Part shown: positions 1-13,110 of the stretch, one piece after another | Position numbering within the stretch: the first letter of the stretch is position 1 | How the letters are laid out: the number at the start of each line of letters is the position of its first letter | From: Malacoraja senta | Taxonomy: Eukaryota | Reading direction: 5' to 3' | Length of the DNA stretch: 64,000 bases | Assembly: GCA_038087875.1 (NCBI GenBank) | Contig: CM075978.1 | Span: forward strand, 178,064,001 to 178,128,000 | The notes under the pieces: model-generated | The model's input: only the letters and a program-made list of their open reading frames with translations | The model's database searches: none | What the model was told of the DNA's origin: nothing | Position numbers and translations under genes: made by a program

Positions 1-844
1 ATTAACGAAGCACTGGCTTGGTAAAACTAATATTAACAAAGCAGTGGTGACCATCACAGGCAAATCAAGAGGAGATCTTGTACGTCGATCCCATTAGCAT
101 TGAGCTACATATTGGGTATGCATTGCAACGTGACTATTCTTTACTCAGAGGGAAGTACACTCCAGTTAGAGATGGTACCCATCTAGTATGATGCCACCGT
201 CTTGGGGGGGGGGGGGGGGGAGCGACCGGCCCTGGCATCAGGGTGGAGGTCTGGCGGGAAACAAAAACTGCAGCCTTGCCTAAAACACAGAGATGGTGAA
301 CAATTAAGAATATAATGGAGCCTCCATGTCATGTACTTCACCCTTCCTCACTGCGGGGGCGTCAGGCTTTATACTGCGGACATCAACCTCGAGAGTGACC
401 CTCTTGATATCCATCCTGGGGTTCCTGGTCTGTCCACCACTCACACTGCGGCCACTCTGAGCCACCACTGCTCAGTAAGAGGAGGATACAAGAAGTTCCA
501 CCCCGGCAGAATCAGCAGCCAAACCAACACACACGAGCATGATATCCTAGAACACCCACACAATACTTCATACCCACAAGCACTTAGAACGCTGGTCAAT
601 ATTACAAATTTTCAGCTGTACGCAAGTAAAATAAATACTCCAAACTGTTTGTTAATTTTGACATATTTCCTGCTGTCTAACGTCAATAAATTAAAGGGTA
701 AATCAGAGAACTTCAGCATCACTGGTCAATAAAGTATGAGTCAAACTAAAGATAATTGGGAACTGTCTGCATGTTGCATATCTCTTCATGTCCCTTTTCA
801 TGACCTGGCTTTCAACAGCAGATTTTTTTTTAACCTTCACTCTC

Positions 845-1250
845 TCTCACCCGCAGTGTTCCACTCGCTCCCATCCGCACAGTCACCATCTCCCACCAAC
901 ACAGTAACCCTGTCCCACTCGCTCAGACTCCCTCACAGTCAGCCTGACTCCCGCTCTGTTGCCCCGTCCCATTCTCCCACCCACCCCCAGTTGCCCTGCC
1001 CCACTCTCTCCCACCCTCACCGTCACCCAGTCCCACTCTCTTCCACCCACACACAGTCGCCAAGTCACACTCTCTCCCACACACAATCGCCCTGTCCCAC
1101 TCTCTGCCACACTCACATGGTCAGCCTATCTCACTCTCTCTCACTCTCAGTCGCCCCATCCCACTCTCCCACCACACACAGTCACCCTGTCCCACTCTCT
1201 CCCACATTTGCACACTCACACTGTCCCACTCTTCCATCCAAACACAGTTT
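845..1250. repeat. Degenerate C/A/T-rich minisatellite (about 30-bp units like cacagtcaccctgtcccactctctcccac)
   Basis: Recurring cacagtc(a/g)cc and tcccactctc motifs; explains the S/H/P/T-rich ORF 736..1368. Confidence 0.75.
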
Positions 1251-1379
1251 CCTGTTGCACTCCCTTCCATCCCCGCGTGGCCCCACTAGCTCCGCTATCA
1301 CCTCTCTGTTCTCTTTAACACAGCCTCTCCATTCAGCATCTGTGTTGCTCACTGTTGCACTGCCTTGACTGTCTCCTCA

Positions 1380-2150
1380 TAGAGTTATCAACATGGAAAC
1401 AGGCTCTTCGGCCCAACATATCCACGCTGACCATGATGCTCCATCTACTCTAGTCCAAACTGCCCATATTTTGCCTAATTCCAAACTTTTGCTATCCATG
1501 TACACATCACAATGTCTTCTAAATGTTGTTATAGTATCAGCCTCAACTACCTTCCATGGTAGATCGTTCCATATAACTACCACCATCTGCAAGAAAAGAT
1601 TTCCCCTCGGATTCCTTTTAAATCTTTCCCTTCTCACCTTAAACCTATGTCCTCTTGATACTTGATTCCCTACTCTGGGTAAAAGACTGTGCATTCACCC
1701 TATCTATTACCCGTGTGATTTAATTCACCTCTATAAGATTACCCCCTCAGCCTACTGCACTCTAAGGAATAAAGTCCTAGCATGCCAGGCTCTCCCTATA
1801 ACTCAGGCCCTCAAGTCCTGGCAACATCCTCATAAATCTTCTCTGCACTCATTCCATCTCAACTTAACCTTCCAATTTCTATACTCAATACCCTGGTTAT
1901 TGAAGGCCAACATACGAAAGGCTTCTTGATCACCCTGTCGACCTGTGACGCCACTTTCAGGGTAACTATGCAGCTTCACTCCTTGATAACCCTGCTCTAC
2001 ACTCCTACGCAAAACTCGCATTAAACACCATCAACTATTCCTCAACCCACTAGCCCAGCTGAACAAGATCATGCTGTCATTTTTAATAACCATCTTTGCT
2101 ATTTAAGATACCACCCACTTTCGTGTCATCTGCAAACTTACTGACCATAC
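1380..2150 (-). mobile_element. CR1-clade LINE 3' fragment
   Basis: ORF 1377..1694 (RGHRFKVRRERFKRNPRGNLF...WNDLP) matches the CR1 ORF2 C-terminus; rc of FADD at about 2120-2135. Confidence 0.9.
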
Positions 2151-2447
2151 CTTGTACACCCCGCTCCAACCAATGTGCCTTGAGTCAGTTAATCAGGTGG
2201 GTGGGACAGGCCAGGACAATCTCCACTCACACATCTCACCTGGATGCCACAAAAATCTGCCCATGCCAGCTTAGTTTACTGTCGAAGATTTTTTAACGAA
2301 TTGAATGTCTCTGGCATTCAGTGATATTTAAAACTAAGATTTTAAAGTACAAATTAGTTTTACATTAATCTGCTTATGTTATTGATCACGTTAAAAGGAA
2401 ACACAATTTTGTTAAGAAGTGCAAGTTTACTTTTTTTTAACCTCACA

Positions 2448-2725
2448 GCTCCAGTGACCAGACAACCTCGGGAGTTGTCTGTAACCCTGTGTGGGCTTTC
2501 CTCGGATGCTCTGGTTTTGTTCCTCTTCCCAATGGCTCACTGACCGGTTAATTGATGGCAGAAGATTATCCATCGTGTTGTAGAATCATGGGGTGTTATT
2601 CAGTGTCTGAGGCCATCTAGGTCCCAGGGAAGTGAGAGGCAGGTGGGGGTCAATGGGATCGGTGAGAATATTGTGAACGCCAGCATGGATTTGATGGGCT
2701 GGACAGCCTCCTATATTGTAGGAAA
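2448..2725 (+). mobile_element. Decayed HE1/V-SINE
   Basis: V-domain-like tgtgggctttcctcggatgctctggttt and tail gatgggctggacagcctcct. Confidence 0.6.
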
Positions 2726-3513
2726 ATATGAGTTCTAACTCAATGCATGATCTGACAGACGGTCCCAAAAGGAACTGCTCTGTAATTCCAGTGAGCCCCT
2801 GGTCCTCACTGCAGAGCCCAGCTGTGCTCCACAGCTGGAAGATCTCCAACGTACATTGGTCAGAACGATCAGGAGCTCTGCATTCACGGGATAGCCGGCA
2901 AAACCCAGCGGGATCTGCACCTCACAATTCCAGGTGTGAACACATCTGTGCTCCATCCTTTAACTTTTCCCTGGGTGGCAAGTCCCAGTCCCAGAGTTAT
3001 ATTATTACACCTGGCAAAGCAGTAAAATGATTCACATTCGTGAAGCATTGCAAGCAATGTTTCCATGTGTTACCACTGTCCCAAACTCCACACTCTGAAA
3101 TCCACACCTCCAACATTACTGCCTCCCTCTATACACCCAATCCATATCCTACCCACTTCCTTATTTTCAGAACCATCACTACCTGGTGCCATCTAATCTC
3201 TTTCCGTTCCATCTTTCCCTAGAGTCATATACAGCACAAAAACAAGCCCTTCGGCCCACTACAGTCATGCCGCCCCTTGTACCTACCCATAGTAATCCCA
3301 TATACCCCCCACGTTGGATCTGTAAACCTCCGTGCCTTGGCAGTTCAAATGCTAGTGTAGATACTTCATAAGTGCTGAATCACTCTGAAATTCTCTTCCC
3401 CACCCCTCCTCCACAAACCAATTCATCTCCTGCCACTGCATATTTATTTTGCAGTTCTTTTCCCGCACCAGTATGCAGGTAAATATGATGTTGAGTCAAA
3501 CGTAATTCTATTA

Positions 3514-3695
3514 CAGCTGCTCCTCGACCTACGATGGGCTTACGCTCCGATAAACCCATCGTAAATCGAAAATATCGTATCGAAAACGCATTTAATACAA
3601 TATGATCACGTGACCGGAAGGGACGTGCGGCTAGCTGCCGTTGCCCAGAGTTTGCACCATCGTAATTCGAAGCATCGTAAATCGGGGAGCATCTG
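3514..3695. mobile_element. Tigger/pogo-like MITE (Tc1/mariner), TA TSD
   Basis: TIRs cagctgctcctcgacctacgatg / rc cagatgctccccgatttacgatg; TA at 3512-3513 and 3696-3697. Confidence 0.85.
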
Positions 3696-3789
3696 TACCA
3701 CCAACATATTACTGGTGAAATTATCACAAGCTGGTTTTGCCAAACTAACTCCAACAATGAAAAATGTTGCTTAAAATGTTAAATGATAA

Positions 3790-4075
3790 AGTGTGGAGTT
3801 TTCATGCTCTCCGAAATGCGTGGATTTCCCCTGGGTGTGATCTATTTTCTCCCACATCCCAAAGACATGTGGGTTTGGTAAGTTTATTGACCATTGTAGA
3901 TTGCCACCTTGTGTGTGGATGACTGGTAGAGTCTGGGTTGGGGGGGGTCGTAGATGAGAATGTGGATAGAATAAGATGGGTTAAGGTAGGGCAAGGGTAA
4001 AGATGGGTAGTTGATTGCTGGCGCGGACACGGTGCACCATAGTGCTTGTTTCCATGTTGTATCTCTCTATGATTC
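3790..4075 (+). mobile_element. Decayed HE1/V-SINE
   Basis: ttctcccacatcccaaagacatgtggg V-domain; tail ending ctctatgattcta. Confidence 0.75.
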
Positions 4076-4594
4076 TAAAATGAAGTGCAAAGTGGTTGAA
4101 TTTCAAACCTTAAGGCAAGACATTATTTCAGCATTGCACAATAATTATCAATTAAAAATTAAAGTGAGACTTAATATTTGTTACCACAATTTGATTCAGC
4201 TAAACATAAGCCACTGAGCTATCTGTAGCAGCGCACATCTTATATGTTGGGGGCGATGATAAACCTTCATGTTCTTTACAAGCTGTGAATGTGAATAACT
4301 GCAAGATTAATGAGAAATTATGGAATAGAGTATGAAATAAAGCCAGTCAGAAATATAAAAATGGATAGCAAAGGTTTCCATCAATATTTTCAAAAAGTAA
4401 TCAGTGTGGTGGAGTTTTTGAAAGCGTATCTGCGAAAATAAAAATGGAAAGTAAAATGGCAAATGAATTATGCGATTATTTTGTAAGAACCTTCATTTTA
4501 AAGGACACAAGTAATGTTCCAAAAATAGCGGTGAATAGAGAACTGGGATTGAGAAAATTGGGAATATGGCTGTCATCATGGAAGTTGTTCTGAG

Positions 4595-4757
4595 GCAAGG
4601 AACTGCAGGTGCTGTTTATATAAAAGAAAACAAAGTGCTGGAGTAACTCAGTGGGTCGGATAGTCTGAAGAAAGGACTCAACCCGAAACATCACCTATCC
4701 ATGATCTCCAGGGATGTTGCCTGAACTGTTGAGTTACTCCAGCACGTTGTGTCCTTT
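4595..4757. mobile_element. Penelope-derived inverted terminal-repeat unit with degenerate hammerhead motif (4665-4692, +)
   Basis: Inverted arms gtgctggagtaactca / tgagttactccagcac; ctgaagaaaggactcaacccgaaacatc. Confidence 0.8.
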
Positions 4758-5001
4758 AGACCCTGATCCCATTGTTGAAACTGCAGGTGGATGTCTCCAG
4801 CTCCCAATGGATTTCATTCAAGGATCTTAAATCAAGAGGCTTTAGTTTAGTTTCTCCTTTGCACCACCTGATATGCTCATGCATGGTGTGATTCCCGGAT
4901 AACATGCAAAACTTAATTTTTCACTCCAAACTTAATTTTCACTCCACAGATGCTCCTTGAACTCAACAGGTCAAGGAGCATCTGTGGAAGGAGAAGCAAC
5001 T

Positions 5002-5030
5002 AACGTTTCTATCTGAAAACCCGTCATCAG
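5002..5030 (-). ncRNA. Degenerate hammerhead-like motif (CTGATGA variant)
   Basis: rc reads gttCTGATGAcgggttttcagataGAAAcgTTag; helix II is damaged. Confidence 0.5.
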
Positions 5031-5249
5031 AACTGGGAAAACAAGCATTGAAGCTATGATTCACGTACTTCCTCTAGTCTGGTGCAGTGTGTTCAATGCT
5101 CTTGGTGTGGTTCCCTCTCCATTAGCAAAATCAAATGCAGATTGGGGGACCTTTTTGTGGAATATCCTGAGCTCCACTGACCTGCGAGGTTAATTCTCTG
5201 AGTCATTCCACTATTCTGCAGTGTATTTTGCTGCTTTTTACCAAAGAGA

Positions 5250-5689
5250 TAATGACGTGGTTGCTTGAGGCGTATGGCCGCCCGGGGCCGGTCCCACTTA
5301 GAATCGCGGAGGCGTATGGCGTTGTGCAGGGCTGGTCCCACTTAGAATCGCGGAGGCGTATGGCGTTGTCGCGCGCCAACGGCCTGTCGGCACGCAGGCG
5401 CATTGCGGTCGTACGCAGCGTCTTGACGGCGTACGCCTAACGCGTGGCATTGCGCAATGACGTCACCGCCCGGCGTTGCGTTGCGTGATGACGTCACCGC
5501 CCGACGCTGTGCGACGCCCAAATTCAGTCGTCCCGCCTCCTGCCCAGCTGATTGGTGAGTATGACGCAAATTACGTCACGCGCGAACTTAACGCGTACTT
5601 ACCACCTACTTAGCGCGAACTTCGCGTGAACTCCGCTTCCGTTTGGTCGCGCCAAACGCATGCAATCGCATGCAAGTGGGACAGGCCCT
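5250..5689. mobile_element. PIF/Harbinger-type non-autonomous element, left end missing
   Basis: Right TIR gtgggacaggccct followed by TAA; CpG-rich; internal 44-bp tandem duplication; terminus matches the element at 48572. Confidence 0.75.
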
Positions 5690-5905
5690 TAACATTACCC
5701 TACATACACTAGGGACAATTTACAATTATACCAAGCCAATTAACCTACAAACCTGTAGGTTTTTGGAGTGTGGGAGGAAACCAGAGAAAACCAACGCAGG
5801 TCACAGGAAGAACAAACAAACTCCGTACAGACAAGCACCCGTAGTCAGGATCGAACCGGGTGGAAGGCGCTGTAAGGCCTCACTCTACTGCTGCCCCATC
5901 GTGCT
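5690..5905 (-). mobile_element. HE1/V-SINE fragment
   Basis: rc of the V-domain (ttggagtgtgggaggaaacc) and B-box (ggatcgaacc). Confidence 0.85.
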
Positions 5906-7026
5906 GACTAGGTAACCTGCTTTGAGTAATTTTAGTTGAGGGTTAATTATTTGCCTGGGCTCAGGAGAGAAACACATTCTTGTTCAAATAGCTCAACGCG
6001 ATCTCCCACTTCCTTCCAATGTCAAGACACCGCTCCTGGAAAGAAGATAAACAGCCACAGAATGAACACCCACTAATGATAAAGAAAATGAGAGGATTCC
6101 TCCCCAAAGATCATCAAAGATGTGTCTCTGAAACTTAACGTTCTCCTTGTTCAGTGGTATAAGGGTTCTTTAGATGGATCTGGATACTAATCAAAGGTTG
6201 ACAAGGAAAAGATACTCAAGGCATATTCTATTGACAACTCTGCAGACACCAGGTCAGGTCACATTTAAAGGTGCTGATATCGATACAAATTAACTTAGCA
6301 TTTTGTTTTGACGCTCTCAGGAATCTACAGATAAGTTCATAAGTGATAGGAGCAGAAATAGGCCATTCAGCCCATCAAGACTACTCCGCCATTCAATCAT
6401 GGCTAATCTATCTCTCCCTCCTAACCCCATCATCCCGCCTTCTCAGTTTGTGTGTTCTCCCTGGAACCACATGGGACCCTCCAACTGGTCTGGTTTTCTC
6501 TCGCATCCCAAAGATAATGCAAGTTGGTTGATTAAATGGCCACTGTAAATTACACCTAGTGTATCGGCAAGTGGTTGAATCTGGAGGGAGTTGATGAGAA
6601 ATTGAGGAAAATGACGTAATAAAAAATCAATTTGTGTACTTGATGGTCAGCTAAAGGCCTTGTTTCCATGGCGGACGATGTAATGAGTTGAGCAACCTTT
6701 CCTTATGCTGTATGGAGACTGGTCTCTGCATCCATAACACTTTGTGCAGGAGGTCATTTGCTTTGCTGCCATGAATGCCCGTTCGCAGACTTGGCAAGCG
6801 CAGCAGAAATTGTGACAAATTGCCCGATCTACATCCATTCAAGGGTGGAATGAAAAAAGACTCCGTTTGATCCATCAAATCCATTCTTTCTACGGACCGT
6901 GAACAATCCACTCAATCACTTTACTCAAGCTATTCAATCTTCTGAAAAATGGCTGTGTAACTTTCCATCTAATCCTTCCCATACAAAACTAAATTAAGCA
7001 GCACTCTAGTTTGGTGCCAAGCCTCA

Positions 7027-7250
7027 CAACAACAGTTTGCATTTATTTAATGCTGTTAACTTAGTATATTTCCCAAGGTGCGACAAGAAGCAATGGTGAT
7101 CAAAATTTAATGCCGAACTACGTTACGGAGAGATTAGATCAGGAGCACAAGAGCGTGGTCAAAAATATGTTTTATTGAGAGAATTAAAGAAGGAAAGAAC
7201 AGAAGATATGATGAGGTTTAGGCAGGAAACTACAGAGTTTAATGTTTCGC
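7027..7250 (-). mobile_element. Old L2-type LINE 3' end
   Basis: caacagtttgcatttatttaatgc...cccaaggtgc resembles the reverse of an L2/Deu-SINE 3' tail. Confidence 0.5.
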
Positions 7251-7569
7251 AAGTCTGGTGAATGAATCCCACCAGATTGGTGTAACTATATTTCCTAGAG
7301 ACCTAACAAATTCAGAGCCATTCATGCACAGCATTCGAACCTCTCCTGCTGAACCTCCATTTAGATATCTCAACTGTGAGAAATGAGTTTTTGCGCAACT
7401 TCTTTTTAAACGGGCTAACTAATCCCATGCTACTTGTGTGGGGGAGTTTACATTCAATGTTGCATGGTGCAGGTGGAGTTGGCTGGAATCCAGGTGAGCT
7501 ATTCATTTTTGCAAGAGTAACTACATTGTCTGAGTCAATTATAATTGCAGATCATGTCCCCTTTGACCT

Positions 7570-7796
7570 GTGTAGGAAGGAACTGCAGATGCTGGTTTAC
7601 ACTGAAGATAGACACAAAAATGCTGGAGTAACTCAGCGGGACAGGCAGCATCTCTGGAGAGAAGGAATGGAAGACGTTTCGGGTCGAGACCCTTCTTCAG
7701 ATTGACCTCAAATAGGGTCGACCCAAAATGTCACCTATTCCTTCCATCCAGAGATGCTGCCTGTCCTGCTGAGTTTCTCCAGCATTTGTGTTTATC
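7570..7796. mobile_element. Penelope-derived inverted-repeat element with hammerhead motif and 12-bp TSD
   Basis: TSD cccctttgacct at 7558-7569 and 7797-7808; two long inverted arms; intact core on - strand at 7673-7700. Confidence 0.9.
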
Positions 7797-8349
7797 CCCC
7801 TTTGACCTTCTTATTCTCCATTAAGTCCCTTCCATCACTTAAACGGACACAAATTCCAAAATCACACTTTAAAAAAAAAAGAAATGTTTTAAAATTGCAT
7901 ACAAAGTAATTGTTCAATCTGTGACGGTCCAAGTAATTTAATGCCACATACAATCGGAAAAATTAAGTTATTGAAACCAAAATCAACTTTTCTATTTAAA
8001 TGGGTTATTAAATTTGGGACAGAATAGGAAAGTGGTAAATGTAAATCCGTCAAGTCATAATCACGTCCAGAAAAATGCACTTGTTCAGATTGAACCAATT
8101 TTGATACATTTCCCTCCTAATAATAAACACATCTACAGATGTCAGAGATCTGATTTGATGAAAAGTGTTCCATAAAGCTGACAACTGTGTATTATTCATG
8201 GTTCAAAATGTTGACCCAGAGAACCAAATCGTGTCAAGAAAACAAATTGTGGGGCTATTCTCCACCAATTTTGTGTGGATGACACAGTGTGGCAGCAGGC
8301 AGTGCTGCTGTCTTTTTTCTCCAGAGACCCGGTTCCATTTAGACCTCAG

Positions 8350-8665
8350 TTAGTTTAGTTTAGTTTAGAGATACAGCACAGAAACAGGCCCATTGGACCA
8401 CCATCCGCACCGACCAGCGATCCCGCACACTAACACTATCCTATACACACACTAGGAACAATTTACATTTTTACCTAGCCAATTAACCATCAAGCCTGTG
8501 CATCTCTGGAGTGTGGGAAGAAACCAAAGATCTCGGAGAAAACCCATGTGGTTGCGGGGAGAATGCACAAACTTCGTGTAGACAAGCACCCATAGTCAGG
8601 ATCGAGCCTGGGTCACTGTTGCTGTAAGGCAGTAGATCTACTGCTACGCCACCGTGCCGCCCACA
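8350..8665 (-). mobile_element. Full-length HE1/V-SINE nested in an older + strand SINE (about 8280-8810)
   Basis: (tttag)n tail, V-domain, rc tRNA-like head; the older SINE resumes at about 8665. Confidence 0.85.
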
Positions 8666-9227
8666 GTTGTTGTCTGCGTGGACCATGCATGTTCTACCTG
8701 ATGCTCTGGTTTCCTTCCACATTCCAATGATGTGATGATAGGTTAAATAAAGAATGGTAAATGATCCTTAGTGCAGCTAAGTGATGAAATAATTAACGGA
8801 GAGCTGGTGAGTACACATTCCTGTGAAACTCCATAAATCCAAATGTGGCAAGGATACCTCAATCAACTCTGGAACCAGGAGGCACAGTTTGAGGAAAAAA
8901 TAGGGTGCTTAAGAATGAAAAAAAGAGGATAATTTTTCTCGCCCCCACTCAGAGGGTGGTGAATCTTTGGAAGTCTCTCCGTCAGTGGCTGTGCAGGCTC
9001 ATTTGTTGAGTTCACTTGAAACAGATATCACTGAATTCTTGGACATTGAGAGATAGTTGAGAGATACAAGAAAGCAGCCCTGAGGAAGATCTGGCCTGGT
9101 CTTGATGACTGGCCGATCCGGTTCAAAAGGGGTAAAACAACCTACTCCTGTCTCTAGCTCACCGGCTGTTCATTAGGTTCCACCTCCATTCCACTTCCAA
9201 AGAAAGAGAAGGCCGTTCTTAAAAATC

Positions 9228-9540
9228 ATGTGGCGCAGTGGTAGAGTTGCTGCCTTACAGCGATTGCAGCGTCAGAGACCCGGGTTCGATCCCGACAACA
9301 GGTGCTGTCTGTACGGAGTTTGTACATTTTCCCCAGACCAGCGTGGGTTTTCTCCGAGATCTTCAGTTTCCTCCCACACTCCGAAGACGTGCAGGTTTGT
9401 AGGTTAATTGGCTTGGTAAATGTAAAAATTGTCCCTAGTGGGTGTAGGATAGAGTTAATGTGCGGGGATCGCTGGTCGGTGCGGACTCGGTGAGCCGAAG
9501 GGCCTGTTTCCGCACTGTATCTCTAAACTAAACTAAACTA
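9228..9540 (+). mobile_element. Near full-length HE1/V-SINE
   Basis: A-box tggcgcagtgg, B-box ggttcgatccc, V-domain, CR1-like tail, (ctaaa)n. Confidence 0.92.
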
Positions 9541-11959
9541 ATGGTTGATCCCAACTTCACTCTCAGTTTCAGTTCGGTGGATTGGACGTCAAATGCAAAA
9601 GTGGGAAGTTCTCAACAATTTGAGTGTTACAAGAGTTTACACATTGTACAAATCCAAAACATGTACGATACATGTAACATGCAAGATTTTAATGCATGCC
9701 AAGCCTTTTATTTGCATGTATTTTAATAGATATATTGATTTTTATGTATAAATATAAAAAATGATCATGCAACACTGGACGTGTAAATAAATTCAACGCT
9801 TCAATGCAACACACTTAAGATAGGTTCATCACTTCTGCCCTAATTCCCCAACCCGTGCTAACGTGCTCCCCAGCACAAGTCAACGCTGAGAGTGGAGGAG
9901 GGCAACACTCAACCTCATTCAATTTTGATGTGAATACCTGGACATTCAGTCTGTATTTTGGACTAAAACCCTGGTTCAAACAATGATTTCAACTCAGAAA
10001 TAAACGTGGATAGCACCGAAATCCAACAATGACTATAAAATAAGAATGAAAAAATCTTCACTGGCACAGTTACGACAAAGGCACATGGAGGCTGAGAAAC
10101 TAGGATCTAGCAGCAATGAAACTACAATGATCCAGCATCCAGACATTAGTGGTTCCAGACTAACAGATTTGTTGGGACTATTGGATGATATGACCATTCA
10201 CTAACACATTTTTAATTCACCATTTTTTTGGAAATCACATTGAATACCTGAGGAGATTAAAAGGAAACAAGACCTCGCCCAGTTTGAAGAGAAAGGAGTC
10301 TCCAATGAGTTGAAACCAGGCTATGAGGAGGTTGGGGCCGGGGGAGGGAGGTGGGAAGTGGGAAGTAGGATCCCAGTGAATTGAATGGGACTGTGAAAAC
10401 CAGATCTGTGCAGAGCAGAAAGGAACACAGCTAAAAATACCTGGTGAGCCAGATCATGAACCGTCAGCCTTTGCAAATTGAGAGATATCAAATGATCAGA
10501 GTTTTACTGTACATCATCTCTTGCTCAAAGACAACGAATGAACATGGTGCAGTCTCTAATCATTCAAATGGAACACAGAAAAGTTTTAAATTGGTTTCCA
10601 GACTTGTTACCATGAAAAGTGGTGGATTTACAATGGAAATTTTAATGACATATTAAAATTGTTATTTTGCATTAGGATTTAATCATGTAGGTGCTTGATC
10701 TAATTATTTCATGACTGATAGCATATACAATTTGATGGCAAGTCCAAAGCAATACTTACAGATCAGAACAAATAATAAAGAACATGCGACCCAAAGTCAA
10801 CATATTTATTTTCGATAATTGTGCTCGTAGGTGGCTGATGGAGTTCCAATTGAATAAACCCAAGACAATCCGTGTAAGAAAAAGCATCTAAAGATCAAAA
10901 CAGGTGATGAACCAGAGTGCAGGTGCAGCTTTAAACAGATAAAGAACCAGGATGCAAAATAGGCAGCTGATGAGCTTCAAAGTGGTTTCTTCTTGTAGCA
11001 CTGACTAATTTTATCCCTAATATTTATAAAGCTGAAATAGATTTGAGAGCGTCTACTTTGGCATAAAAACAGCTCAATCGTCCATTGCAGAGACACCTCG
11101 TTATAGTGAAAATCACCAAAACTATCTACTGGTCCAGAGAAGATGTCACAAATTGCTCGCGCATTGCAGAGAATCTATTACATCACAGTAGAATAAAGAC
11201 TACCCAAAACAGAGCTTTGACCATATTAGAGTTGGCCACAAATATCACCATCTTCCAAACACAGATGACCAACTAGGTCCTACATTGACAGCTACTTATT
11301 GAACAGGTCTCATTGGGTTACGAATGATCTGATTGCACAAAATCCTTACATTTTTAAAGAATTTGTCAAGCTAAATTTTTAAAGAATTTGTCAAGCTAAT
11401 AAAATGTTTCAGTTTCATTAGTATTCAAACAGCATAGTTTCTCTCAGTTTAATTATGAGTAGCATAAGGGTGATTATTCAATGAAATGAAAGAATTATAG
11501 CAAATGTACATCACGCAATGTGGGTGGCTATAGAAAATGGATGTTTGTGATCAAAGACAGTGTTCAGGAACGGGGAGCTGAAATAATCTGGACTACACTA
11601 CTTCTGTCGTTAAAATAAATAGTGAGACTACTTTTAATTTTTGCAAGCTTAACCGAAAAAATCGAGTTCTGAATTCTCTTTGTTCTTCCCAACTGTTCTG
11701 GCATTGTACGCGTTGATTCCTGGGGAATCATAGATGTTGCTGATGTAACGTCCGTCTCACTGAAGCCATCACCACTTGGCTCTCTTCAGGCACGTTGTGT
11801 CACCTCTTCCCCAGCAGTTGAACTTGCTTCATATAGTCATAGATTTACGCAGCACTGAAACAGGCCCTTCATCTCAACTCGTCCACACCAACCTAAAATG
11901 TATATTTGAGCTGGATCCATTTGATCTGAGCTGGTCCCATTTGCTTCAGGTACTGTATA

Positions 11960-13110
11960 TATTGAATTTATAATCTGCCTCCCTATCCTCTCGCCACCTT
12001 TCATTCAGCAATTTGTGCCAACCTTTCTGCATCTCCTCCAAACTATTTTGGGATTGCCCTATCCACTCAATCTCAATGATATCCCACTTCCAGCACAGGG
12101 ATCTCTTCCTTTATTGCATTATACTTCAACCACTCTTGTTCTACCAGATTTAGTTTTCCAGCTGTGTCCACAGTCTTCAAAGTATGTCATTTCTGCAAAT
12201 GTGTTACTTGTCATGGAGTGTGTGTAGCTGTTGTTAGGGAAACTTTTACTTGCAAAGGTTTCCGAGTCCATGCTTCACAGTAAGGCCTGCTCTGTCTTGC
12301 ATGACCGGATCCATCAGTACGTTATGAACTCTCAGCATCTCCCTATGATACGGGGTGGTATGGCGATGTGCGATGATCTTTGATCCTATTTTGTTTCACA
12401 CACAGCTCAAAGTGCAATCAGTGATGGTGGGAGGAGCCCATGGGTGACCTTAACCCATTAGAATGATTTATCCACCAATATCAAGAGGTCACTCACACCT
12501 TTCTTGATGTAGTCTACAGTACATATGCCTACCAGAATTGGGCTGTTTTCCCTGCAGAGTAGTGCTCCTAAAGGCCTTGTTCAGCAGTGTAGAGAGGTTG
12601 TGCACTTGCTGCCTTGCTCTTCCAGATCCTTTGCTATAGCTATATTGCTTTCAGGTTAACAATGGCCAAGAGCTCTGTTCTTCCACAACTGTACTTCATA
12701 GCTCTTTGGATGAACTAAGCTGCGACAATACTTGTTGCAGTCCTGCTTTGTGAACAGCGCACATTATCTATGACATAAAGGTTTTACATTCTCCTCCAAG
12801 CCTGTCCAAATCAGTCAAAATCTATTCATTGTTAATATCGGATTTCCTTGCAACTATTCCACCTTCTCCTCCTTTGTTAGAGGGATATGGATATTGACTC
12901 CCTGCAGGATGAATATTCCATTCTCTGTGTCTTCATACATCAACCTTAAGGATGTGGCATTCTGTTTGGATGCTCAATAGTCATAATCGTACTGGGACAA
13001 GATGATGGCACATCATTACATTCATGAGGCTGCCATTGAGAGAATGATTGACTTGGGTTCACTAATGGTAAACAAAGGCTCATGGTCTTTGAGCAATGTG
13101 AAGAGGTTAC
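11960..13110 (-). mobile_element. Ancient Gypsy pol relic (RNase H and integrase)
   Basis: Manual - strand reading: DHEPLFTISEPKSIILSMAA...ILSQYDY near 13090-12980 (RNase H-like) and HRTSPYHPVS.GDAE near 12375-12330 (integrase core). Confidence 0.7.

Noticed and set aside
736-1368. 210-aa ORF
   Set aside because: Translation of a stop-poor minisatellite; no domain.
9228-9300. tRNA-like A/B boxes (also about 29425, 45545)
   Set aside because: SINE heads followed by V-domain and LINE tail, not tRNA genes.
11351-11399. About 24-bp tandem duplication
   Set aside because: Ordinary slippage duplication with no further structure.
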